A stretch of DNA of 64,000 nucleotides from Alphaproteobacteria bacterium (lineage in GTDB: Bacteria > Pseudomonadota > Alphaproteobacteria > UBA828). The stretch is from the NCBI GenBank assembly GCA_963667785.2, contig CAXXMU010000001.1, forward strand, positions 320,001-384,000, read 5' to 3'. Of this stretch, positions 31,609-40,361 are shown in pieces; position 1 is the first letter of the stretch; each line of letters starts with the position of its first letter. The translations under genes and the position numbers were made by a program. The notes beneath the pieces were generated by a model. The model saw nothing but the letters and a program-made list of their open reading frames with translations, did not search any database and was not told where the DNA came from.

Positions 31609-32296
31609 GCTCGAAGGCGTCACTTCCTACTACGGGAAGACGCCGATCCTGCAGAACGTGAGCCTGGGCGTGCAGCACGGCCACTGCATGGCGGTGCTCG
31701 GGCGGAACGGAGTCGGCAAGACCACGCTGGTGCGCACCATCATGGGGCTGACCACGCGCATGACCGGCACGCTCAGGATCGCCGGCGAGGACGCGAGCAA
31801 CATGCCGACCCACCAGCGCTCCGAGATCGGCATGGGCTACATCCCGCAGGGACGCGGCATCCTGCCCAAGTTCTCGGTGCGCGAGAACATCCTGCTCGGG
31901 ACCTTCGCCCGCAACGACAAGCGGCGCAAGATCCCCGACATGTGCCTCGACCTCTTTCCCTATCTCGCCGAGAACCTGGACAAGCGGGCGGGGCAGCTCT
32001 CGGGCGGTCAGCAGCAGCAGCTCGCGATCTCGCGGGCGCTCGCGACCGACCCGAAGATCCTGCTGCTGGACGAGCCGACGGAGGGTATCCAGCCCAACAT
32101 CGTGCAGGAGCTCGAAGCCACGATCATGCGGCTCAACACCGAGGTCGGGCTCACGCTCGTGCTCACCGAGCAGCACATCAAGGTCGCGCGCGAGCTCTCG
32201 CACGAGTTCGTCATCATGGACAACGGTCTGGTCGTGGAGGGTGGCCCCATCGACCAGTTGACCGACGAGGTCGTCGACAAGTACCTGACGATCTAG
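31598..32296 (+). CDS. urtE: Urea/amide ABC ATPase, UrtE-like
   Basis: GRNGVGKTT, YIPQGR, LSGGQQQQLAI.RAL, DEPTEGIQPNI. Confidence 0.92.
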   Translation: MLLELEGVTSYYGKTPILQNVSLGVQHGHCMAVLGRNGVGKTTLVRTIMGLTTRMTGTLRIAGEDASNMPTHQRSEIGMGYIPQGRGILPKFSVRENILLGTFARNDKRRKIPDMCLDLFPYLAENLDKRAGQLSGGQQQQLAISRALATDPKILLLDEPTEGIQPNIVQELEATIMRLNTEVGLTLVLTEQHIKVARELSHEFVIMDNGLVVEGGPIDQLTDEVVDKYLTI

Positions 32297-32339
32297 GCAT
32301 TCGAGGGCCGAGGGTGAACACGCGAGGGGGAGACCCAGA

Positions 32340-32780
32340 ATGATCCGCATCCCGCCGAAAGGTAGTCCCGAACGGGACCGTCTCATCGAAGAGCACCAGG
32401 CGTGCATCGAGTCCATGAAGGGCGTCGCCGGATGCTCGATCCTGCGTTGCGCGACGCAGGGCGACACCACCGAGATCAGCGGCGGCATCCACGAGGACTT
32501 CCAGCTCAACCGCGTGCTGCTGCGGATGCGGGCACAGCCGGCGAAGGGCAAGCTCGTGGTGGTCTGCACCAAGATCGAGAAGGAATGGCGCATCGCCCGC
32601 TGTTCCGGCATCCGCGGCGTGCCGCCGGAGTTCGTCTCCGACAAGGTGTACGACAACGAGCAGGACCCGCAGCACGACATCTTCCTGATGCGGCTGGACG
32701 AGTTCCCGGAGACCGACGGTTTCCCCGAGCACTTCCACCAGGGCTGGAAGCGTCGCGACGACAACTGGGCCGCATCCTAG
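32340..32780 (+). CDS. dmfA1: N,N-dimethylformamidase small (alpha) subunit-like protein
   Basis: LIEEH..LNRVL..MR.QP..GK..WRIA..RG.PPE..H.IFL.RL pattern; lies immediately before the large subunit. Confidence 0.75.
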   Translation: MIRIPPKGSPERDRLIEEHQACIESMKGVAGCSILRCATQGDTTEISGGIHEDFQLNRVLLRMRAQPAKGKLVVVCTKIEKEWRIARCSGIRGVPPEFVSDKVYDNEQDPQHDIFLMRLDEFPETDGFPEHFHQGWKRRDDNWAAS

Positions 32781-32868
32781 GACGCGCCCCGACGCGAGGA
32801 CCCCACGCGGTAACCGAACACGGCGCGCGAGCGGCCGATCAAGCCCGCGCGATAAGGAGACACAGTCG

Positions 32869-35274
32869 ATGGCTTGGATGAGACTGACGGGATATGCGGA
32901 CAAGTTCGGCGTCCATCCCGGCGATACGATCCGCTTCTACGTGAATTGCGACGGGCCGAAGAAGTACGACGCCCAGCTCGTGAAGATGATCAACGGCGAC
33001 ACCAACCCGCGCGGGCCGGGCCTGATCGAGCGCAGGCGGCGGGCGGCGCTCAACGGCACCTACAAGGGCCGCCGTCAGGTCATCCACAGCGGCTCCTACG
33101 GCTTCGTGGAGGACTGCTCCCAGCTCCGCGCGCAGAGCTTCACGCTCCAGTGCTGGGTGTGGCCGACGACGCCGAAGACTCATCCGAAGTACTGGAAGCA
33201 CGGCGCCCAGGGCCTGGTCACCAAGTGGCACAGGAACAAGGGCTACGGCCTCTTCATCAACGAGGACGGCTGCGCCGAGCTCCGCATCAACGGGAAGAAG
33301 GTCACGACCGGCGCGCCGCTCCGCGACCATGCCTGGCACTTCCTCGCCGCGACCTACGACGCCGAGTCCGGGCAGGCGATCCTCTATCACGAGCCGCAGG
33401 TGGTCTACGCCCTCGACCCGGTGATCAGACCCGCGAAGGAGAAGATCGCAGGGCCGGTCCGGCACGACGCGAGCCCCGCGGTCATCGCAGGCTATACCGG
33501 CGCGCACAGCGACGATCCCACCGCGCGGTCGTCGGTGCCGGCGGGCATCGTCATCAACGGCCACTACAACGGGAAGATCGACGGCCCGCGCATCTGCAAC
33601 CGCGCGCTCAGCCGCGAAGAGATCGAGACCATGAAGCTCGGCGCCCAGCGCGGCATGACCGAGCGGCGCAACTCCGGCCCCACCGGCGCGCTCTCCGAGA
33701 CGATCGTCGCCGCCTGGGACTTCTCCGACGGCATCGACACCATCGTCGGCAAGGACCACGGGCCCTATCTGCTGGATGCGCAGATCGTCAACTGCCCGAC
33801 CCGGGCCATGACCGGCCACAACCACTCGGGCGACAACTTCGACTGGAAGCACGCGCAGAGCGAGTACGGCGCCATCCACTTCCACGACGACGACGTGGAC
33901 GATGCGCGCTGGGAAGTCGACTTCGAGTGGACCGTCCCGGCGAACTACGAGAGCGATTCCTACTGCGTGAAGCTCACCACGGACGAAGGCGACGAGGACT
34001 ACATCCCCTTCTTCGTGGTGCCGCGCCCCGGCGAGGAGCAGGCCAAGATCGCGGTGATGATGCCGACGATCAGCTACATGGCCTACGCCAACGAGCATCT
34101 CGCCAACAACGCCGGCGGGGCGGAGCTGCTGGTCTACCGCGTGCCGATCATGCAGCACCAGAACATGTTCCTGGCCGAGCACCGCGAGTATGGCGGCTCG
34201 ATCTACGACACCCATACCGACGGCAGCGGCCTCTGCCTCTCGTCCCGGCTCAGGCCGATCCTCAGCATCCGGCCGCAGTACGACCACTTCCTGATGCAGG
34301 CGCCGTGGCAGTATCCCGCCGACCTGCACCTGATCTACTGGCTCAATCAGCTTGGCTACAAGTACGACGTCATCACCGACGAGGACGTGAACTATGACGG
34401 CCTCGCGCGGCTGGAGAACTACAACGTCGTGATCACGGGCTCGCATCCGGAGCACAACTCCGGCCCGCAGCTCGACGCGATCCACGACTACACCCAGCGC
34501 GGCGGCCGCTTCATGTACATGGGCGCGGACGGCTTCTACTGGATCCACTCCTACCATCCGGCCTACGACCATCTCGGCCGCGGCATCATCACCGAGATGC
34601 GCCGATGCGAATCCGGCATCAGGACCTGGCGTGCCGATCCCGGCGAGTACTACCACCAGTCGACCGGCGAGCTCGGCGGCATGTGGCGCTATCGTGGGCG
34701 CTACCTGCACTCGGTCGCCGGCACCGGCATGTCGTCGGAAGGCTTCGACATCTCCAGCTACTACTCGCGCACGCCGGAGAGCAACGATCCGCGCGTCTCG
34801 TGGGCCTACGAGGGCATCGGCTACGACGAGAAGATCGGCAACTTCGGCCTGGTCGGCGGCGGTGCCGCCGGCACCGAGCTCGACATCGTCGACACCCTGC
34901 TCGGCTCGCCGCCGCACACGCTGATCACCGCGACCTCGGCGGGCCGCCACACCGAGGGCTACCTGCTGGTGATGGAGGACTTCGGCTTCAACCAGCAGGG
35001 CCTCGACGGCACCCAGCACCCGCGCGTGCGCTCGGACATCGCCTATCACGAGACGCCCAACGGCGGCGCCTGCTTCGCCTTCAGCTCGATCGCCTTCTGC
35101 GGCTCGCTGCCGTGGAACAACGGCGATCCCGAGAAGAACAACATCTCGCGGCTGGTGAAGAACGTGCTCGACCGCTTCTCGCAGGACGGCCCGCTGCCGC
35201 CGCCGCCGCGCAGTGCCATCCAGCATCGCGGTCGCGCCGATTACGATCCGCCGCTCAACAAGAAGCGGAAATAG
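32869..35274 (+). CDS. dmfA2: N,N-dimethylformamidase large (beta) subunit-like protein with LamG-like domain
   Basis: GD.NP.GPG, YGAIHFHDDD..DARW, SYMAYAN, SIYDTH.DGSG, ADLHL, GSHPE, GGAAG.ELD, FSSIAFCG; 801 aa. Confidence 0.92.
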   Translation: MAWMRLTGYADKFGVHPGDTIRFYVNCDGPKKYDAQLVKMINGDTNPRGPGLIERRRRAALNGTYKGRRQVIHSGSYGFVEDCSQLRAQSFTLQCWVWPTTPKTHPKYWKHGAQGLVTKWHRNKGYGLFINEDGCAELRINGKKVTTGAPLRDHAWHFLAATYDAESGQAILYHEPQVVYALDPVIRPAKEKIAGPVRHDASPAVIAGYTGAHSDDPTARSSVPAGIVINGHYNGKIDGPRICNRALSREEIETMKLGAQRGMTERRNSGPTGALSETIVAAWDFSDGIDTIVGKDHGPYLLDAQIVNCPTRAMTGHNHSGDNFDWKHAQSEYGAIHFHDDDVDDARWEVDFEWTVPANYESDSYCVKLTTDEGDEDYIPFFVVPRPGEEQAKIAVMMPTISYMAYANEHLANNAGGAELLVYRVPIMQHQNMFLAEHREYGGSIYDTHTDGSGLCLSSRLRPILSIRPQYDHFLMQAPWQYPADLHLIYWLNQLGYKYDVITDEDVNYDGLARLENYNVVITGSHPEHNSGPQLDAIHDYTQRGGRFMYMGADGFYWIHSYHPAYDHLGRGIITEMRRCESGIRTWRADPGEYYHQSTGELGGMWRYRGRYLHSVAGTGMSSEGFDISSYYSRTPESNDPRVSWAYEGIGYDEKIGNFGLVGGGAAGTELDIVDTLLGSPPHTLITATSAGRHTEGYLLVMEDFGFNQQGLDGTQHPRVRSDIAYHETPNGGACFAFSSIAFCGSLPWNNGDPEKNNISRLVKNVLDRFSQDGPLPPPPRSAIQHRGRADYDPPLNKKRK

Positions 35275-35294
35275 CGGCTCGCTTCGGGCGCGGA

Positions 35295-35319
35295 CGGGGC
35301 GGGTGGCGCACCCGCCCCG
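35295..35319 (+). other. Intercistronic GC hairpin after the large-subunit gene
   Basis: CGGGGCGGGTG-GCG-CACCCGCCCCG; same outer 8 bp as the 28651 hairpin. Confidence 0.5.
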
Positions 35320-35346
35320 GCGCGGCGCGGCCGAGGGTCTGGCCCG

Positions 35347-36468
35347 ATGACGATGCGGCCCGATCTCGACTACATGGACGAGGGCGTCGATCTCCAGGAT
35401 CCCGCCCTCTACAAGCCGTCGCGCGGACCCTTCGGCAGGGCCCGCATCCTCACGCCCATCGCCTATCGCTCCAAGGTCTTCGCCGACCTTGAGGACGAGA
35501 AGATCTGGACGCGGAGCTGGATCTGCATCGGCTCCCATCGCGACATTCCGAACGTCGGCGACCTCCTGCCCTACACCGTCGGCAATCACGGCGTTCACGT
35601 GCAGCGCGGCGGCGACGGGCTGATCGGGCGCTACAATCTCGCCCAGCACGGCGGCTGTCGCTTCGTGCCGGCGCAATGCCAGACCGGCTCCAAGACCAGG
35701 TGCTCGTTCACCTCGTGCGGCTACAGCCGCGATCGCGGGGTGATCGCGGCCGACGAGCTCGGCGACGACACGCCGACCATGCGTCAGTATCTCGGCTTTC
35801 GGCCCGAGCGCCTGCTGCCGGTCACGGTGGAAAGCGAGGGGCCGCTCCTCTTCGTCAATCTCGACCCGGAGGCCGCCCCGCTCGCGGCCCGGCTGGGCGA
35901 CATCGCCGAAACTCTCGCCCTCGAAGACGCGGAGCCCCGGGACGACGCCGAGAGCTTCCGGGCGGAGTATGGCGCCAACTGGAAGCTCCTCGGCCGCGCG
36001 CTGCTGCGTTCCCTCGCGCCCGAGGCCAGGCCTGCGAAGAAGGGAAATGCCGACGCGATTGTTCTCGACGCGGCCTCCGATTTTTCCGGCGCGCCCGCGA
36101 CCGTCCACTGGCTCCTGCCTAACCTGATCCTGCTGCGGGGCGAGGGCCATCTGTTGAGCATCGTGCTGCAGCCCACCGCGCTCGAGGAGACGCTGGCCCG
36201 GGTCAGGCTCGCCGCCGCAGGGCCCGTCGATTCCGGCACGCTCGCGGCCTTGCGCGCCGCCCTCGACGAGGCCGACGCCACGGCGGCGGCGCTGCAGGAG
36301 GAGCTGGGGCGCTTCGGCACGCCGTCGCGGCCCCGCACCAGCCTGAAGAAGCTCCCCCTCGAGCGGGACCGCGCCGCCCTTCTGTTGCAGGCCTACGTGA
36401 TCGGGCGCGTGCTGAAGCGTCACGAGCTCCACTGGTCGGGCCCGCTCTACGCGGCCGCCGCGCGCTGA
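35347..36468 (+). CDS. Rieske oxygenase alpha-subunit homologue with degenerate metal sites
   Basis: AY.S..F..LE.EKIWTRSWICIG..DIPNVGD, L.PV.VE..GPLLFVNLDP, ANWKL, LPNL; Rieske box reads NLAQHGG..CSFTSCGY. Confidence 0.8.
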   Translation: MTMRPDLDYMDEGVDLQDPALYKPSRGPFGRARILTPIAYRSKVFADLEDEKIWTRSWICIGSHRDIPNVGDLLPYTVGNHGVHVQRGGDGLIGRYNLAQHGGCRFVPAQCQTGSKTRCSFTSCGYSRDRGVIAADELGDDTPTMRQYLGFRPERLLPVTVESEGPLLFVNLDPEAAPLAARLGDIAETLALEDAEPRDDAESFRAEYGANWKLLGRALLRSLAPEARPAKKGNADAIVLDAASDFSGAPATVHWLLPNLILLRGEGHLLSIVLQPTALEETLARVRLAAAGPVDSGTLAALRAALDEADATAAALQEELGRFGTPSRPRTSLKKLPLERDRAALLLQAYVIGRVLKRHELHWSGPLYAAAAR

Positions 36469-36773
36469 TGGTCTACAGCGTTCAGCAGATCAAGTACGAG
36501 ATCCTCGCCTACATCAGGGAGTTCGGCGGGGACTTCGGCGACTACTACGTGGGAATAGCGGCCGACCCTAAGAAGACCCTTCTCGACGTCCACAAGGTGG
36601 ACGAGGCCGCCGATCCCTGGCTCTACAAGCAGGCGCTCACCTTCTACGCCGCGCAGACGGTCCAGGACTACTTCCTGCGCCGGCTCAAGGCCGACGGCGA
36701 GCCGGTGCGCGACGGCGACGAGGATATGGACTGCGTCTATGTCTACAAGAAGAGCGAGCGGACCGTCCCGTAG
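36468..36773 (+). CDS. Hypothetical protein (101 aa)
   Basis: TGATG coupling to the upstream gene; normal globular composition and codon usage. Confidence 0.8.
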   Translation: MVYSVQQIKYEILAYIREFGGDFGDYYVGIAADPKKTLLDVHKVDEAADPWLYKQALTFYAAQTVQDYFLRRLKADGEPVRDGDEDMDCVYVYKKSERTVP

Positions 36774-36807
36774 CGGGCGGCGCCGGGCGAAGGCCGGCGA
36801 GGCCGGC

Positions 36808-37500
36808 GTGAGGGCGGCGCGCGCGGAGCGCGAGGCCGAAGCGATCGAGGAGGGGCGCCGCGCCTACATGGCCCGCGACTTCGAGCGGGCGCGGGCTCTC
36901 TGGCTGCCGCTCGCCGAGGCGGGCAACGCCGAGGCCCAGGCCTGGGTCGGCTCGCTCCATGCCAACGGGGACGGCGTCGAGGCCGACGCGGCGGCGGCCT
37001 TCGCGTGGTATCTCAAGTCGGCCGAGGGCCGGAACGTGCTGGCCCAGAGCAACGTCGGCGCGATGTACGCCATGGGCAGCGGCGTCGCCCAGGACATGGC
37101 GGAGGCGGTACGCTGGCTGCGCCGCGCGGCCCGCGGCGGCGACGCCAACGCCCGCTTCAACCTCGGCGTGCTCTACGGCCAGGGCAACGGCGTGCCCCGG
37201 AACAACGCCCGCGCCGCCGAGTGGTACCGCAAGGCGGCGGAAACGGGGCACTACCAGTCCCAGGCCCGTCTCGGCCACATGTACCTGGCGGGCGAGGGCG
37301 TGAAGAGGGACCGCGTGCAGGCCTTCCTCTGGCTCTCGCTCGCCGCCCGGCACGGCATCGGCAGCGCGCTCACCGCCCTCGAAGCGGTGGTCAAGGAGAT
37401 GTCCTCGGACGAGAAGGCCGCGGGCATGCGTCTCGTCGCCCAGTGGCGCGGCAGGGCGGACGGCGAGGCCGACGTGCTCATCGATCCGGTGCCCGTCTGA
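36808..37500 (+). CDS. Sel1-like repeat protein
   Basis: LAEAGNAEAQ..G..GDGV, AQSNVG.MY..GSGVAQD, ARFNLGVLY.QGNGV, SQARLG.MY..GEGV.RD; start uncertain. Confidence 0.88.
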   Translation: MRAARAEREAEAIEEGRRAYMARDFERARALWLPLAEAGNAEAQAWVGSLHANGDGVEADAAAAFAWYLKSAEGRNVLAQSNVGAMYAMGSGVAQDMAEAVRWLRRAARGGDANARFNLGVLYGQGNGVPRNNARAAEWYRKAAETGHYQSQARLGHMYLAGEGVKRDRVQAFLWLSLAARHGIGSALTALEAVVKEMSSDEKAAGMRLVAQWRGRADGEADVLIDPVPV

Positions 37501-37520
37501 CGGGACGGCGGCCGGTATCC

Positions 37521-38018
37521 TCAGCCGGCCGGCGCCGGCGCGGCGCAGGCGAAGCGGTCGATCACCCCGGTCTTGTCGTTCACCTCGATCTCGAAGGTCC
37601 GCTCGGCGAGCTCGCCCCAGAGGCCCGATTCCCCGGTCGGGCAGGCATTGTGCGGCCCGATCTCGCCGGGCCGTGCCGCCTCGCCGTGGCGGCGGGAGCG
37701 GATGCCGGGGGAGAAGTGGAGCGTCACCTCCGCCGCGCCCGTCTCGCCGCGGACGATGTCGCCGGTCTCCCAGCCGCCCGGCAGGTCGTGGCTCCGGTAA
37801 TAGCGCTTGAGCCGGCGCAGGGTGTCCGCGGGATCGGCTGCCTCTTCGGCGCCGGTCTCCGTCGTCTGCCCCTCGGTGCCTGCGCCGCCGCGGCGGAGCT
37901 GCTGCCCGGTCTCGTAGACGATCACGAACAGCAGAAGAATCCCGACGATGATGCCGTAGCGGAGCCACCGCCGCTTCGATGGCGCCTTGGCCGCGCCGCG
38001 TCCGCCGCGTCGTCCCAC
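37521..38018 (-). CDS. Hypothetical protein with an N-terminal membrane anchor
   Basis: Basic N-terminus, TM segment YGIIVGILLLFVIVY, then a soluble domain with two Cys. Confidence 0.65.
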   Translation of the reverse strand: MGRRGGRGAAKAPSKRRWLRYGIIVGILLLFVIVYETGQQLRRGGAGTEGQTTETGAEEAADPADTLRRLKRYYRSHDLPGGWETGDIVRGETGAAEVTLHFSPGIRSRRHGEAARPGEIGPHNACPTGESGLWGELAERTFEIEVNDKTGVIDRFACAAPAPAG

Positions 38019-38094
38019 GATGTTTCCGTCGCTTTCGAGTAAGATCGCCGTCTCTCGGGCGCAGGATAGCGGTCGCGGTCAGGGGAGTGAAACG

Positions 38095-38370
38095 ATGCCG
38101 ATTCCGCGGAACATTCAGGAGGAGCTCGACAAGAGGGACGAGCTGATCCTGGCTCTGGAACTGCTGGTTGTCGATCAGGCCTGCCGCCTGCTCGCTGCGG
38201 AGGCGGTGCTGCGCGAGCTCGTCCCGGCCAAGCGGAAGCCCTCGCAGGAAAAGATCGAGGCCCACATCGCTGAAGCCGCCGAGCGCTTCCGTCAGCGCTT
38301 CGAGGGCGAGAGCGTGGCGGGCTTCACCGACCGCGCGAAGCGCATCGCGGCCGATCTGGTCGGGCGATAG
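38095..38370 (+). CDS. Hypothetical helical protein (91 aa)
   Basis: RBS GGGGAG before ATG 38095; MPIPRNIQEELDKRDELILALELLVV... Confidence 0.65.
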   Translation: MPIPRNIQEELDKRDELILALELLVVDQACRLLAAEAVLRELVPAKRKPSQEKIEAHIAEAAERFRQRFEGESVAGFTDRAKRIAADLVGR

Positions 38371-38403
38371 CGCGCTCCGCCCGCTCGCCCGCGCCGCCCT
38401 GCC

Positions 38404-39156
38404 TCAGGGCGCGCGGCGCGCCGCGATCAGAAACTCGGTGTTGCCGTCGCGTCCCGTGATCGGGCTTTCGACGAGGCCCGTGACCGGCCAGGCTGCTGCC
38501 GCGAGCCAGTCGCGGATCGTGGCGCAGACCTCTTCGTGAACGGACGCGTCGCGAACGATGCCGCCCTTGCCCACGCGGCCCCGGCCCGCCTCGAACTGCG
38601 GCTTGATGAGGGCGACGAGGCGAGCGCCCGGAGCGGCCAGCGCGAGCGCGGCCGGCAGCACCGTGCGCAGGCCGATGAAGCTCGCGTCGCAGACGATGAG
38701 GTCGACCGGCTCCGGCACGTGGGCGGCGGTGAGGTGGCGGGCATTGGTCCGCTCCAGCACCGTGACGCGCGAATCGTTCCGCAGGCTGTCCGCGAGCTGG
38801 CCGTAGCCGACATCGACCGCGTAGACCCGCCGCGCCCCGCGCGTACACAGCACGTCGGTGAAGCCGCCGGTCGACGCGCCGATATCGAGCGCCGTGAGCC
38901 CTTGTGGATCGATGCGGAAGCAGGTGAGCGCGTGATCCAGCTTCACCCCGCCGCGCGAGACCCAGGGGTGCGCCGCGCCCCGCACCGTGAGCGCTAGGTC
39001 GGACTCGACGCGGAGGCCGGGCTTGTCGAGGCGCCGCTCGCCCGAGAACACCCGGCCTGCCAGCAGAAGCGCCTGCGCCTTGGTCCTGGTCTCGGCCAGG
39101 CCGCGCGCCACCATCAGGGTGTCGAGCCGCTCCTTGACCTGCGTCTGGCGGCTCAG
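38404..39156 (-). CDS. tlyA: TlyA family rRNA 2'-O-methyltransferase
   Basis: WVSRGGVKL, LDIGASTGGFTD, VDVGYGQL, DASFI, LIKPQFE, SPITG.DGN.EF; conserved KERLD lies upstream of the first ATG (39114), so CTG at 39156 is proposed as the start. Confidence 0.93.
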   Translation of the reverse strand: MSRQTQVKERLDTLMVARGLAETRTKAQALLLAGRVFSGERRLDKPGLRVESDLALTVRGAAHPWVSRGGVKLDHALTCFRIDPQGLTALDIGASTGGFTDVLCTRGARRVYAVDVGYGQLADSLRNDSRVTVLERTNARHLTAAHVPEPVDLIVCDASFIGLRTVLPAALALAAPGARLVALIKPQFEAGRGRVGKGGIVRDASVHEEVCATIRDWLAAAAWPVTGLVESPITGRDGNTEFLIAARRAP

Positions 39157-40040
39157 TGGCGCCGTTCCACGATGTAGCGGGCGACGGCGCGGAGCGGCTC
39201 GGCCCTGTCATCGAAGCGGCCGAGCGCGGCGATGGCGTCGTCCGCCAGAGCGCCCGCCCGCCGGCGTGCCTCCTCGGCACCGAGCAGGCCGACGAAGGTC
39301 GCCTTGCCGGCGGCGGCATCCTTGCCCACGGCCTTGCCGAGATCCGCCTCCGAGCCCTCGTGATCGAGCAGGTCGTCGGCGATCTGGAACGCGAGGCCGA
39401 TGCGGGCGGCGTAGTCGCGAAGCGCCGCGCGGGCCGCACCGTCCTCGCGCGCGAGAATGGCGCCGGCCTCGCAGGAGAAGCCGAACAGCGCCCCGGTCTT
39501 GAGCTGCTGCAGGCGGACGATCTCGTCGAGGCCGAGCTCGCGGGTCTCCGCCGCCAGGTCGATCGCCTGGCCGCCGGCCATCCCGTCCGCGCCGGCGGCG
39601 CGTGCGAGCGCGCAGGCGAGGGCCGCGCGCACGCCAGCGTCCGGATGGCCCGAGGGCGCCGTGACCGCCTCGAAGGCGAGCGTCAGCAGCGAATCGCCGA
39701 CCAGGATCGCCGTCGCCTCGTCGAAGGCGATGTGGCAGGTGGGCTTGCCGCGCCTGAGGTCGTCGTCGTCCATTGCCGGCAGGTCGTCGTGGACGAGGGA
39801 GTAGGTGTGCACCATCTCGATGGCGGCGGCGGTGTTGACCGACCAGGCGCGCGGCACGTCGAAGAGGTCGGCGCCCGAGAGGACCAGGAAGGGGCGCAGC
39901 CGCTTGCCGCCGGCAAAGAGCGAATAGCGCATCGCCTCGTAGAGGCGCCCGTTCTCGCCGTTGGTCAGGGGAACCAGTGAATCGAGCGCCGTGTCCACGG
40001 CCTCCGCGGCCTCGCGGAGCGCTTCTTCCAGCGTCGTCAC
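39153..40040 (-). CDS. ispA: Farnesyl diphosphate synthase / geranyltranstransferase
   Basis: GGKRLRP, HTYSLVHDDLPAMDDDDLRRGKPT, GQAID, KTGAL, FQIADD, GKD..AGKATF. Confidence 0.95.
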   Translation of the reverse strand: MTTLEEALREAAEAVDTALDSLVPLTNGENGRLYEAMRYSLFAGGKRLRPFLVLSGADLFDVPRAWSVNTAAAIEMVHTYSLVHDDLPAMDDDDLRRGKPTCHIAFDEATAILVGDSLLTLAFEAVTAPSGHPDAGVRAALACALARAAGADGMAGGQAIDLAAETRELGLDEIVRLQQLKTGALFGFSCEAGAILAREDGAARAALRDYAARIGLAFQIADDLLDHEGSEADLGKAVGKDAAAGKATFVGLLGAEEARRRAGALADDAIAALGRFDDRAEPLRAVARYIVERRH

Positions 40041-40051
40041 CCGGGCGCCTC

Positions 40052-40300
40052 TCAGCCGGTCTCGAACGGCTCGGTCTGGACGGCGCCGGCCGCATCGCCG
40101 TCGATCTTCTCGACGCGGAGCTCGGCCTGCCGGAGCTTCTCCTCGCAGAACTTCTTCAGCCGGACGCCGCGTTCGTAGGCGGCAATTGCCGCTTCGAGGC
40201 CGGTATCGCCGGCCTCCAGCTCGTGCACGATCCCCTCAAGCTCGCTCATCGCGCTCTCGAAGGTCTGTGCCTCGCCGTCCTTCTCGTCGCCCTCGCCCAT
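40052..40300 (-). CDS. xseB: Exodeoxyribonuclease VII small subunit
   Basis: FESAMSELEGIV..LEAG...LE.AI.AYERG..L...C...L..AE.RV. Confidence 0.95.
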   Translation of the reverse strand: MGEGDEKDGEAQTFESAMSELEGIVHELEAGDTGLEAAIAAYERGVRLKKFCEEKLRQAELRVEKIDGDAAGAVQTEPFETG

Positions 40301-40361
40301 GGGCCGAGTCTAGGGTGTGCCCGCACCCGCGGCAAGCAGGGCGCCCGGCCGCCGGGCGCGG

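Noticed and set aside
36808-37500. Sel1 protein as a host-interaction effector
   Set aside because: No visible signal peptide, Sel1 proteins are common in free-living bacteria, and there is no evidence of host association in this window
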